A DNA stretch of 64,000 bases, from positions 12,479 through 76,478 of IMG/VR virus record IMGVR_UViG_3300025137_005002; one strand, given 5' to 3'. The DNA is from a virus. Below, piece by piece: positions 20,133-29,683 of the stretch; positions within the stretch are counted from its first letter, which is position 1, and each line of letters opens with the position of its first letter. Made by a program: the position numbers and the translations under genes. Under the pieces are notes generated by a model that searched no databases, was not told where the DNA came from, and saw only the letters and a program-made list of their open reading frames with translations.

Positions 20133-20445
20133 AGGTAGGAACGCACTGTATACGAGCGACAAAAAAGAGAGGCGTGAGCGACGGCAACCGACCATTAAGA
20201 AAAATTCTGCACCCTTGCACACATTCACTTTTAAATCAATTTAAATGAATACACTTGCATTCACTGTAGATTCAGTGTATAATATAACGATAAATACTAG
20301 TATGCAGTAGTTCACTGCTCATCAGCATACAGTGTATTAAATGAATTAAATTAAATCAATCCTCTACTAGCATAGATAACGTGCTATAGAGTAAATAACT
20401 GTTATAAAGAGTACGCAACTTATTACCGTCAATAAAAGAGAACAC

Positions 20446-22041
20446 ATGAGCATAGACTTAAATAATCCCTACGATAAACAAGTATTTGATACTAACCCTT
20501 TAGAACCTTTAAATCCGCAACTACTGACTGAACGTAAAGAGTCAAAGTGGAAAGACAATGAAGGCTACACCATGTTTCAATATGAACGTGTTAAACGTTT
20601 AGAATTGGAATTCAATAACACTTGTTTTTTATACTGTGGAGGTTGTGGACGTACATTTAATCCAGAACTAGAAAAAGCAGGCAAGAAACTTGTTATGCTT
20701 AAAGACATCAAAAAGTTTTTCCCACCCGAATTTTGTAGTCAACTGCACTACTTTTTAAGTTGCGGTAACTATGGTGATCCAACTGCACACCCTGAAACAC
20801 TAGACATACTACGTTACTTTAGAGAGAACGGTACAAAGAACGTATCAATATCAAGTAACGGAGCATCAAGAAGTCCAGAATGGTGGGCAGAACTAGCCAC
20901 AATAATCAATGGCGAAGGTGGAAGCCGTGACAATATAGTTAATTACTACGGCGGTAGAGTTACCTTTAGCATTGACGGACTGGCTGATACTAACCATTTA
21001 TATCGTGTGGGAGCAAAGTGGGATCGTATTGTAGAAAACGTTACTGCGTTTATTAATGCAGGAGGTAGAGCACGTTGGCAATGGATAATGATGAACCATA
21101 ATGAACACCAATTAGAAGAGGCCAAAGCATTTGCCAAAGACATAGGCTTTAGTGAGTTTATTGAAAAGGTATCCTTTAGATATAACCCCATACGCATGAG
21201 CAAACGTGAAGCAGAGAAACTGGCTGAAGATGCCGAGTTTGAAATGCTTAAAGACCGTAGTTTAAAGCAGGAAGAAATGCGAAAAGACGTTAGTATGAAA
21301 TTTGAGCTTACCGACACTTCAGGCGTCTCTTCGAGCCGAGCCGCTAAACAAGGTGGCACCGAACTTTCGCCCGTTAATGTAAGTGTTAATCCAGCGAACC
21401 AACATCCTTATAGAGAAAAGATTAAAGGCATACACGAACGTACAAGCAAGACTGCTAAAAAGTTTTGGAACACTAAACAAAACATTATATGTCAGAATAT
21501 AGGTGATCCACGTATATATGTTGATGCTACAGGTAAAGTATGGCCCTGCAATTGGTTAGGTGGAATAGAATTTTATGAAAACAAGGACACGCATTGGCCC
21601 TTGCCTAGTTATAAGAAGTATGGTATAGATGATCAATGGAACAGTTTATATAACTTTGCAGATGATGATAACCCTGTTAGAAGCATACTAGAACATCCTT
21701 TTTATGAGTATTTGCTGGAAGAAGACTGGAAACATAGTAGTGAAATGCAACCTGCTAAATGTAAACAAATGTGTCATACAGAGCTAGGTGATGGTATATT
21801 TGAAAGTATGAGACGTAATGAACAGAATTTAAAAACTGGTGAGTATAAAGACATCAGCGAAATACATGATACAGGTATTACTAAAGATGGACAACTAGTA
21901 GAAGCACCTAAAGATCAAAAAACAGGACGTTATAAACATCAAGGCGGAACAGGCATTGGTCCTGGCAGTAACAAGGCTGTAGAAGGATTAGATCAATCAA
22001 TATTAGATATTGAAACTATAGATGAAGACGACGAATCATAA
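20446..22041 (+). CDS. Radical SAM protein with C-terminal twitch domain (type B), long extensions
   Basis: CFLYCGGC, CGNYGDP, FSIDGL, HNEHQ, C..WPC..CKQMC. Confidence 0.88.
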   Translation: MSIDLNNPYDKQVFDTNPLEPLNPQLLTERKESKWKDNEGYTMFQYERVKRLELEFNNTCFLYCGGCGRTFNPELEKAGKKLVMLKDIKKFFPPEFCSQLHYFLSCGNYGDPTAHPETLDILRYFRENGTKNVSISSNGASRSPEWWAELATIINGEGGSRDNIVNYYGGRVTFSIDGLADTNHLYRVGAKWDRIVENVTAFINAGGRARWQWIMMNHNEHQLEEAKAFAKDIGFSEFIEKVSFRYNPIRMSKREAEKLAEDAEFEMLKDRSLKQEEMRKDVSMKFELTDTSGVSSSRAAKQGGTELSPVNVSVNPANQHPYREKIKGIHERTSKTAKKFWNTKQNIICQNIGDPRIYVDATGKVWPCNWLGGIEFYENKDTHWPLPSYKKYGIDDQWNSLYNFADDDNPVRSILEHPFYEYLLEEDWKHSSEMQPAKCKQMCHTELGDGIFESMRRNEQNLKTGEYKDISEIHDTGITKDGQLVEAPKDQKTGRYKHQGGTGIGPGSNKAVEGLDQSILDIETIDEDDES

Positions 22042-23329
22042 GCAATTAAAAGGCTTTTGTGTACTGCCTTTTATTCATTTAAGCACAAGAACTGATGGAA
22101 GTATGCAGATATGCTGTCATGCTAACAGTAGCAGTGACCCCAAGAATAGACGTCCAGGTACTAATCGCAAAGACACAGGCGAATTTGTTAATTTAAAAGT
22201 AGATAAAGCAGAAGACTATTGGAACACTGACTTTATGCGTACAATAAGAACAGATATGTTGGCTAATAAAAAGCCACGTGCTTGTTTAACCTGTTATAAA
22301 GAAGAGTCACTAGGATATAGAAGTAAACGTGTATGGGAAAATGAAGAGTGGGAAAATAGAATTAATGTAGGCGATTTATTGAATAAAGTCAGCAGTGATG
22401 GTAGTATTAAATATGGTATTAACTATGTTGATATGAAATTAGGTAATAAATGTGACCTAGCCTGTGTAATGTGTAACCCTGCAGACAGTACACAATGGAT
22501 ACCAGACTATAATAAATTAATTAGTGCAGGCAGTGACGAATTAAAAAATGAAATACATTGGAATAAATCAGAAGCAGGTGGATATAATTGGTGGAAAAAT
22601 AATAAAACATATTGGAATGATATCTATGAGCAACTGCATAATTTAAAACATATCTATATTATTGGCGGTGAGCCTACTATTAATAAAGAATTTAAAGTAT
22701 TTTTACAGTACTGCGTGGATAATAATTATGCTAAAGACATTGAATTAAGATTTAATACCAATGGACAAACATTGGATAATGAATTAAAAGAATTATATAA
22801 ATCATTTAAACACTGTTTAGTTCATTTAAGCATGGACGGTATAGAGCAACGTTATACATATATTCGTTATCCTGGCACATGGGAAAAAGAATTAAATGTA
22901 TTAAAGTATTGGGATGATATGCCTGATAATGTAACAGTGGATATTGACTGTACAGTTAGTGCTTTAAATGTTAGCCATATTCCTGAATTTGTTCGTTGGA
23001 AAATGGATCAAGGCTTTAAAAAATTAAATAAAAGAAGATTTGGTGGAACTATAGGTATGCATTTCCTATGGACACCTAACTTTTTGGGTATTAATAATTT
23101 AAATAAAGAAATAAAACAAAAAGCACAACAAGATATAATGCAATTAAGAATGGAACTTGGTAAACAAGTTACAGATAGATATAAAAAGTTTGATGCTCTT
23201 ATAAGTGCATTAGATAAACCAGCAAAGAATATTCCATTACTAGTAGAGTATTTAGATAAAATGGATAGGATAAGAGGTACTTCATGGACGGATACGTTTC
23301 CAGAACTAATAAGTTTGCGTCAGAATTAA
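22022..23329 (+). CDS. Radical SAM protein with N-terminal twitch domain (type A)
   Basis: FCVLPF..ICC..CLTC; CDLACVMC; IGGEP. Confidence 0.9.
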   Translation: MKTTNHKQLKGFCVLPFIHLSTRTDGSMQICCHANSSSDPKNRRPGTNRKDTGEFVNLKVDKAEDYWNTDFMRTIRTDMLANKKPRACLTCYKEESLGYRSKRVWENEEWENRINVGDLLNKVSSDGSIKYGINYVDMKLGNKCDLACVMCNPADSTQWIPDYNKLISAGSDELKNEIHWNKSEAGGYNWWKNNKTYWNDIYEQLHNLKHIYIIGGEPTINKEFKVFLQYCVDNNYAKDIELRFNTNGQTLDNELKELYKSFKHCLVHLSMDGIEQRYTYIRYPGTWEKELNVLKYWDDMPDNVTVDIDCTVSALNVSHIPEFVRWKMDQGFKKLNKRRFGGTIGMHFLWTPNFLGINNLNKEIKQKAQQDIMQLRMELGKQVTDRYKKFDALISALDKPAKNIPLLVEYLDKMDRIRGTSWTDTFPELISLRQN

Positions 23330-24258
23330 TAGAAAAAGATTTAATTAGTTCTAAAAAACACAATGCAATTTACGATTACTTTTTTCAAACAACATTAAGA
23401 GATGCTCCGTGGTATGATTGGTTAGATAAACCTGGATACTTTGAAGTTGCTGACGAATATAAAGAACGTATTACAGAATGGATACATGATAATGATTTTA
23501 ATACAGTAACAGGATTAAATCAATATAAACACTGTGATTTAATTAATGGAACTACTCAAGCATTTGATGAAGCATATTATAGATATAAAGATAGAAATCT
23601 AAGAGTTTTGCGTGGCGAGTATGCGTACCATAAAAGAATTGTTACTGATTATCAATATTTAGATAGTGTAGACAAGGATAATATTGAATTAAGTCAATTA
23701 GATAACAAAAATCCAATAAAAGAAAATGATTGGGTAATAATGAGTTTACCTTTTTGTGGGAATGGTGCTATGCCTACTGGGTATCATGCTATATTAGATG
23801 ACTGTTGGAGATTAAAAGTTCCTGTGTTAGTTGATTGTGCATGGTATGGTACTTGTATGGATCTACATATTGAATTAGGACACCCTGCTATAACAGAAGT
23901 TTGTTTTAGTTTAACTAAAAGTACAGGTACAGGTAATATTAGAAGTGGTGTACGTTACAGTAATTACGAAGATAATTTACCAATTAGACAACAAAATAAT
24001 TATAATCATTTAGTATTAGGTGCGGCTCAAGTAGGTATTCATGTTATGAAACATATACCTAGTGACTGGCAAGTAAAGAATTACAGAGACTTTCAAGTAC
24101 AACTATGTCGTAAATTGAATATTATGCCAACAAACTGTATGCATATTGCACTAGCAGAAGGAGATGAGGATTGGCACAAAGACTTTTTAATTGACCAACG
24201 TTATTATAAAGTTGGAATTAGACAAGCACTTAAAGAAATTAAAAAAGGCAACTTGTGA
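23284..24258 (+). CDS. PLP-dependent enzyme, aminotransferase class I/II-like
   Basis: NGTTQAF, VLVDCAW (PLP Asp), FSLTKSTG..RSG (PLP Lys and Arg); start uncertain. Confidence 0.7.
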   Translation: MDGYVSRTNKFASELIEKDLISSKKHNAIYDYFFQTTLRDAPWYDWLDKPGYFEVADEYKERITEWIHDNDFNTVTGLNQYKHCDLINGTTQAFDEAYYRYKDRNLRVLRGEYAYHKRIVTDYQYLDSVDKDNIELSQLDNKNPIKENDWVIMSLPFCGNGAMPTGYHAILDDCWRLKVPVLVDCAWYGTCMDLHIELGHPAITEVCFSLTKSTGTGNIRSGVRYSNYEDNLPIRQQNNYNHLVLGAAQVGIHVMKHIPSDWQVKNYRDFQVQLCRKLNIMPTNCMHIALAEGDEDWHKDFLIDQRYYKVGIRQALKEIKKGNL

Positions 24259-24265
24259 TACAAGA

Positions 24266-25336
24266 ATGTTAGATATAGACAAAATTAATTATATGATGAT
24301 AGAGTTTACATCGGCTTGTAATGCCAGATGTCCTGCCTGTGCTAGAACACAACATTTTGTCAACAGTGGTATAACTCCACACGGCAGTAGACAGATAACA
24401 ATGGATCATATGAAGAATTTGTTTGGTATTAAATGGCCCAACCTAAGAAAAATAAACATTGATGGTAACTATGGTGACAGTATGTATCATCCTAAAAGTT
24501 TAGAACTATTAGAGTATATTGCGGACACGCAAGATGCGTCTAATATTAAGTTATATATTGATAGTAATGGAGGGTATAAGACCCCAGAGTTTTGGAAAGA
24601 CTTAGGACAACTGATGAAACGTTTTCATGATACAAGTTGTATTACATTTGGCATTGATGGAATAGATCCGGAGATGCACGCCAGGTATAGAGTAAGAGTT
24701 AATTTAGATAAAGTCTTTGCTAATGCTAAAACATTTATTGAAAATGGTGGCAATGCAGAATGGAAGTGGATTGGCTTTGATTATAATGATCATCAACTTG
24801 AAGATGCTAAACGCATGAGTAAAGAAATGGGCTTCAGTGCGTTTATCTATAAAAACACTAGAGTAAGACATAGCATCATAAGACAGGCAATGGGTTTGCA
24901 AGACTTAGACAAAGGAGTTACTGCTACAAGTAAAAATGTTAACAGTACAATTAGTAAAGACATTGTAAAACAAGCACAGAAAGAAATTGCTAGTGTAAAA
25001 GATTTTGCTAATGAATCAGTTATTAAATGTAGATTCCGTAGAGAGAAGAACTACGGATTTCAAGTAGAGCATAGTGGCAGAATATACCAGTGTTGTCATT
25101 TACCAGGATACTACAATTATCAGCAACCGGGCAGTAAAATATACAAAGAATATGAGTACTATACAAATAAATACAGTAGTAACTGGAACAGTTTAGACGA
25201 ACATAACATAATGGACATACTAAATCATCAATATTTCCAACATGATTTGACTGACAGTTTTAATAACAAAACAGATGCTTCTGAGAACCCAAGAATAAGT
25301 AGATGCATTTCAAAATGTGGATCAATTGATGGCTAA
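24266..25336 (+). CDS. Radical SAM protein with C-terminal twitch domain (type B)
   Basis: CNARCPAC, DGNYGD, FGIDG, C..QCC..CISKC. Confidence 0.9.
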   Translation: MLDIDKINYMMIEFTSACNARCPACARTQHFVNSGITPHGSRQITMDHMKNLFGIKWPNLRKINIDGNYGDSMYHPKSLELLEYIADTQDASNIKLYIDSNGGYKTPEFWKDLGQLMKRFHDTSCITFGIDGIDPEMHARYRVRVNLDKVFANAKTFIENGGNAEWKWIGFDYNDHQLEDAKRMSKEMGFSAFIYKNTRVRHSIIRQAMGLQDLDKGVTATSKNVNSTISKDIVKQAQKEIASVKDFANESVIKCRFRREKNYGFQVEHSGRIYQCCHLPGYYNYQQPGSKIYKEYEYYTNKYSSNWNSLDEHNIMDILNHQYFQHDLTDSFNNKTDASENPRISRCISKCGSIDG

Positions 25337-26591
25337 ATTAAAAGACAAGTTCTGTCCAGCACCTTTCGTACATGGATATATCAATGCAAATAACAGAGCT
25401 CATAAACTTTGTTGTATGAGTGATATTGTGGGCAGGTTTGATAATTCAAAACCTTTGCAAGAAACATTTCAAAATTTTTGGAATGGAGAGTTTATGCAAG
25501 ACACAAGAAAGTCTTTTATGCAAGGAGAGTTTCCTGATGCTTGTTGGTATTGCAAAGAACACGAAGAAAAAGGCAACATCGCTGAAAGTCAACGTGTGCA
25601 ATTACTTAAACGTTATGAAAATAAACTAGACTACGAAGAACTTGAGTTAGATATTATAAACGGTAACAGACATAATAAGCCATTAGATATTGATTTACGT
25701 CCTGGTAAACTATGCAATTTAAAATGCAGAAGTTGTAATACTGTTTGGAGTGATAAGATTGAAAAAGAAGTTTTAGCAAATCCAGAGATACAAGGCAAAG
25801 AATGGTATTGGGATACCATTACACAAAACAAAAAGTCAATGGACATTGTTAATAGTATTGACTGGGAAAGTGATGACTTTGATATTGTAAGTGGATTTGA
25901 TTTAACAAATGTTAGATGGTTAAAAATGTCTGGCGGAGAGACACTAGTAGATAAACGTGTTATTAAAATGTTACAACGTGTGGCAGATACAGGTTATGCA
26001 AAAGATATAAACTTACATTTACTTACTAATGGAACAGTTAGTCCACATAAACTACAGTTATTACTAGAATCATTTAAACTATTAACAATTAATACAAGTT
26101 TTGATGCAAGTGGATCGTTAAATGAATACTTAAGAACAAATTCAAAGTACGACAAGTGTATCACAAACTTTAAAGACATATTTAAAATAAAGAATTTACA
26201 ATGGCAAGGCATTAATGCAGTTATGCAAGTTACTAATGCTTTCAATGTTGACGAATGGTATAGTGAATTATATGAAATAGGCAAAGAAGCAGGCGGGGAT
26301 AAGTTTAAAGGAATTAACTTACTGCCGTTAGTTGATCCTATGTATTTGTGTGTTGGTTGGTTAGATGAAGATCATAAACAACTTATTCAAAGCAAGTTAG
26401 ACATATTACTTAAACGTTATGCTAACAATACCGATATTGAAAAGAAATTAAAAGTTTTAAAAACAGAATTAAATCAAAAACTAGATGTAGAGTACGAAAA
26501 GGCAAGGTATGTAAGACATACAAAAGCATTAGATAAAATTAGGAATACAAATGTGTTAGATTTTGTGCCACAACTACAGAGGTATTGGTAA
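25329..26591 (+). CDS. Radical SAM protein with N-terminal twitch domain (type A)
   Basis: FCPAPF..LCC..CWYC; CNLKCRSC; SGGE. Confidence 0.9.
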   Translation: MAKLKDKFCPAPFVHGYINANNRAHKLCCMSDIVGRFDNSKPLQETFQNFWNGEFMQDTRKSFMQGEFPDACWYCKEHEEKGNIAESQRVQLLKRYENKLDYEELELDIINGNRHNKPLDIDLRPGKLCNLKCRSCNTVWSDKIEKEVLANPEIQGKEWYWDTITQNKKSMDIVNSIDWESDDFDIVSGFDLTNVRWLKMSGGETLVDKRVIKMLQRVADTGYAKDINLHLLTNGTVSPHKLQLLLESFKLLTINTSFDASGSLNEYLRTNSKYDKCITNFKDIFKIKNLQWQGINAVMQVTNAFNVDEWYSELYEIGKEAGGDKFKGINLLPLVDPMYLCVGWLDEDHKQLIQSKLDILLKRYANNTDIEKKLKVLKTELNQKLDVEYEKARYVRHTKALDKIRNTNVLDFVPQLQRYW

Positions 26592-27334
26592 TGGAATGGC
26601 TTGATATAATAAACAACAGACACACAACGTTTGCTTGGGAAGAAGATAGTGTACCAACACAAGAAGAACTTGTAGATGTTCTGCAAGAAGTATTTGCACA
26701 TATACCATCTAAAAATTTACAGTTTCCTTATCAAGTAAGACTGTTAAGGAATAATGATCCTGAGATAAGAAAAGAAATAATGACTATTTGTAAACGTAAT
26801 GACCATGTAACAGACGAAGAAGATAGAGGTAATCCTCAAGTACTTGCTCCGTGGCTTATTGGTTTTTGTTCTAGATGGGTAGCAGACTTAGAGTCGAGAT
26901 ACGAAACAGAGTCAACAAGAGGACAAGACTATTTAGATAACCCAGAAACAGGTAAAAGATTAAGACAAGAAAAGCAAGGTAAACATTTTATTAATGAAAA
27001 AGGACAAGTGCAAACAGAAAATATTGAAATAGGTATTATGTCTACTTACATAATGTTAGCAATGGCTAACAGAGGAATACAAACTGGTATGTGTCAAAAC
27101 ATACAAAGAAATTATGAAAGAGCAGAAGAGATATTTGATATTGATAGTGATGTTAGAAACTTAGACTTTAGATTTATAATGGGAGTTGGGTATGGAAAAG
27201 ATGCTAATGTAAAACATGAGTACCTTGATCCTAGAATAGATAAAACAAAATCAATTCCGTTTAAACCTACAAACGTTGAAAAAGTTTATAATCGTCCAAA
27301 CTTTGATGATGTTATTAAGGTAATAAAATCATGA
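26591..27334 (+). CDS. Nitroreductase-family flavoprotein
   Basis: DIINNRHTTFAW, PSKN..PY, EIGI..IMLA...GIQTGMC, MGVGY. Confidence 0.7.
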   Translation: MEWLDIINNRHTTFAWEEDSVPTQEELVDVLQEVFAHIPSKNLQFPYQVRLLRNNDPEIRKEIMTICKRNDHVTDEEDRGNPQVLAPWLIGFCSRWVADLESRYETESTRGQDYLDNPETGKRLRQEKQGKHFINEKGQVQTENIEIGIMSTYIMLAMANRGIQTGMCQNIQRNYERAEEIFDIDSDVRNLDFRFIMGVGYGKDANVKHEYLDPRIDKTKSIPFKPTNVEKVYNRPNFDDVIKVIKS

Positions 27335-28512
27335 CACTTCCTACAAATACATTTTGTGCGGCTCCTTGGTACGCAACGTATTACAAAGATAGTTTAAAGA
27401 AATACAAAATGTGTTGCGTATTTGATCCATGGATGGAGGCTGAAAGCCCTCAGGATTATTATAATAGTCCACTAGTACAAGATGTTAGAGATAAGATGCT
27501 TAAAGGCGAGTGGCATAGCGGATGTGCAGACTGTCAAAGTCGTGAAGAAAATAAAATGATTAGTGACAGAACTACATTTAATCATTACTTTGAAAAAGAT
27601 ATTGCTAAAGGTTTTGATACTGGACAGTTTAAGTTAAAGTGGCTGGATTATAGACCTGGTAACTTATGTAACTTAAAATGTAGAATGTGTCACCCTAGTA
27701 ATAGTAGTTTAATTGATAAAGAAACGCAAGAGAATGAAGAACTTAAAGAGTTCATGGGTAAAAAACATTATCCAGTTAATGATGATCTATTGCCTAATAT
27801 ATGTAACAAAGAAACATTTGAAAATTTAGAAGTATTAAAGATACTTGGCGGCGAACCTACTATTGATCCACAGGTTACGAAACTATTAGAATGGACTGTA
27901 GGAAACGGTTACGCAAAGGATATTAATTTGCGTTTCACAACTAATGCAACTAACATGAATAAACGTTGGGTAGAAGCAGTTAATCAATTTAAAACTTGTA
28001 AGATACAAATTAGTTTAGATGGCACTGGACCAACATACGATTATATTAGAACAGGTGCTAATTGGAGTAAGATTAAAGAGAATACTTTGCGTTGTCCAGA
28101 GATGTATAATAATATTAGAGCAATGGGATCTAACATAGTGTATAGTGTTTATAATTGTTTTACAGTTGATCAGTGGCTACCTGAGTTAAAGCAAATTAGA
28201 AGAGAAATAAAAGATCAAGGTATTAACTATGAATTTAATGTAATTAATTGCACAACACCTGCTCATCAAAAAGTATCTAACTTACCAGATGAATTAAAAC
28301 AAGTAATCTTAGATAAAATTGATGCACTTGGGTTTGAAGACGAAGTAACTCATTCTATAAGAACTTACACAGAACTTCCAGCAGTTGGATCTCCAAGTGG
28401 ACACGCAATTAGATTTTTTAAACATAACGATATACTAGATAGATTAAGAAGAACTAATATAGAGACATTAAGTCCAGAGTATAAACAATTAAGAGAAGTT
28501 TCTAATGCATAA
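27331..28512 (+). CDS. Radical SAM protein with N-terminal twitch domain (type A)
   Basis: FCAAPW..MCC..CADC; CNLKCRMC; LGGEP. Confidence 0.9.
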   Translation: MTLPTNTFCAAPWYATYYKDSLKKYKMCCVFDPWMEAESPQDYYNSPLVQDVRDKMLKGEWHSGCADCQSREENKMISDRTTFNHYFEKDIAKGFDTGQFKLKWLDYRPGNLCNLKCRMCHPSNSSLIDKETQENEELKEFMGKKHYPVNDDLLPNICNKETFENLEVLKILGGEPTIDPQVTKLLEWTVGNGYAKDINLRFTTNATNMNKRWVEAVNQFKTCKIQISLDGTGPTYDYIRTGANWSKIKENTLRCPEMYNNIRAMGSNIVYSVYNCFTVDQWLPELKQIRREIKDQGINYEFNVINCTTPAHQKVSNLPDELKQVILDKIDALGFEDEVTHSIRTYTELPAVGSPSGHAIRFFKHNDILDRLRRTNIETLSPEYKQLREVSNA

Positions 28513-29683
28513 AACAAAAACTAGTTGTAGTGCATTGTGGCGAAGTCTGTATTATAATGACATGACAAATGAGTATAGAGTTTGTTGTGACTTCAAACCC
28601 GTAGACATGACGAAAAGAGTAGGACTAGGCAGTGTTGAAGAATATCTTGCTAGTGATGTTTATCAAGAACTAAAGTCTGATATGTTTCAAGGTAAGTGGC
28701 ACGAAGGTTGTAAAACCTGTGAGATAGATGAAGAAAGAGGAATGGAAAGTCAACGTCAATCCTTTAATAGACAGTTTAAACTAGAAGATATTAAAGACGA
28801 TCAAGACTTTCAAATAAAGTATTTAGATTATAGACCAGGTAATTTGTGTAATCTTAAATGTAGAATGTGTACACCAATGTTTAGCAGTGTACTAGAGAAA
28901 GAATTAAATGATAACCCAGAACTAAAAGAATATGCAAGTACTAAAGTATTTGATATGATGGATGTTGCAGTTGGGCAGTTAATTAAAGACGAAAAACGTT
29001 TTGAGCATTTAGAATTACTAAAAGTATTAGGTGGCGAACCTACTATTGATCCACAAATATATGACTTATTAGAATTTGTAATAGACAAAGGGTATGCAAA
29101 GAATATAACATTAAGGTATACGACAAACGCTACCAACCAGAACAAACGCTGGCTCAACTTAATTAAAAAGTTTAAAAGAGTTGGAGTAACATTTAGTTGT
29201 GATGGAACTGGAGAAACATACGAGTATATTAGAACTCCTGCTAAATGGGAATCAGTTAAAAAGAATATACTAAATGTTGGAGAAATTACAAACTTATATA
29301 GAACAGGATTTAATGTAGTGTTTAGTGTTTGGAATTGTTTTACAGTCGATAAATGGTTACCAGAGTTAATACAAATGTCTAACAAGATATCAGGACAAAC
29401 AGAACAAGACCGTATACAAATAATAAATTGCACACACCCTAAAGGATCACAAGTATTTAATATGCCTGATCAATTTAAACAAATTGTTTTAGATAAGTTA
29501 AAAACATTACCACAACACCATACAGTAGTTCAACAGTTAATACATTATACACAACTACCACAACGTAATAATACTGCAACAAAGAGTTTCTTTGACTACA
29601 ACGACAAATTAGATAGAATTAGAAAAACAAATATTAATGATATAAGCGAACATTATGAAACACTTCGACAGAACACATTATAA
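28505..29683 (+). CDS. Radical SAM protein with N-terminal twitch domain (type A)
   Basis: SCSALW..VCC..CKTC; CNLKCRMC; LGGEP; close paralog of the upstream gene. Confidence 0.9.
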   Translation: MHKTKTSCSALWRSLYYNDMTNEYRVCCDFKPVDMTKRVGLGSVEEYLASDVYQELKSDMFQGKWHEGCKTCEIDEERGMESQRQSFNRQFKLEDIKDDQDFQIKYLDYRPGNLCNLKCRMCTPMFSSVLEKELNDNPELKEYASTKVFDMMDVAVGQLIKDEKRFEHLELLKVLGGEPTIDPQIYDLLEFVIDKGYAKNITLRYTTNATNQNKRWLNLIKKFKRVGVTFSCDGTGETYEYIRTPAKWESVKKNILNVGEITNLYRTGFNVVFSVWNCFTVDKWLPELIQMSNKISGQTEQDRIQIINCTHPKGSQVFNMPDQFKQIVLDKLKTLPQHHTVVQQLIHYTQLPQRNNTATKSFFDYNDKLDRIRKTNINDISEHYETLRQNTL

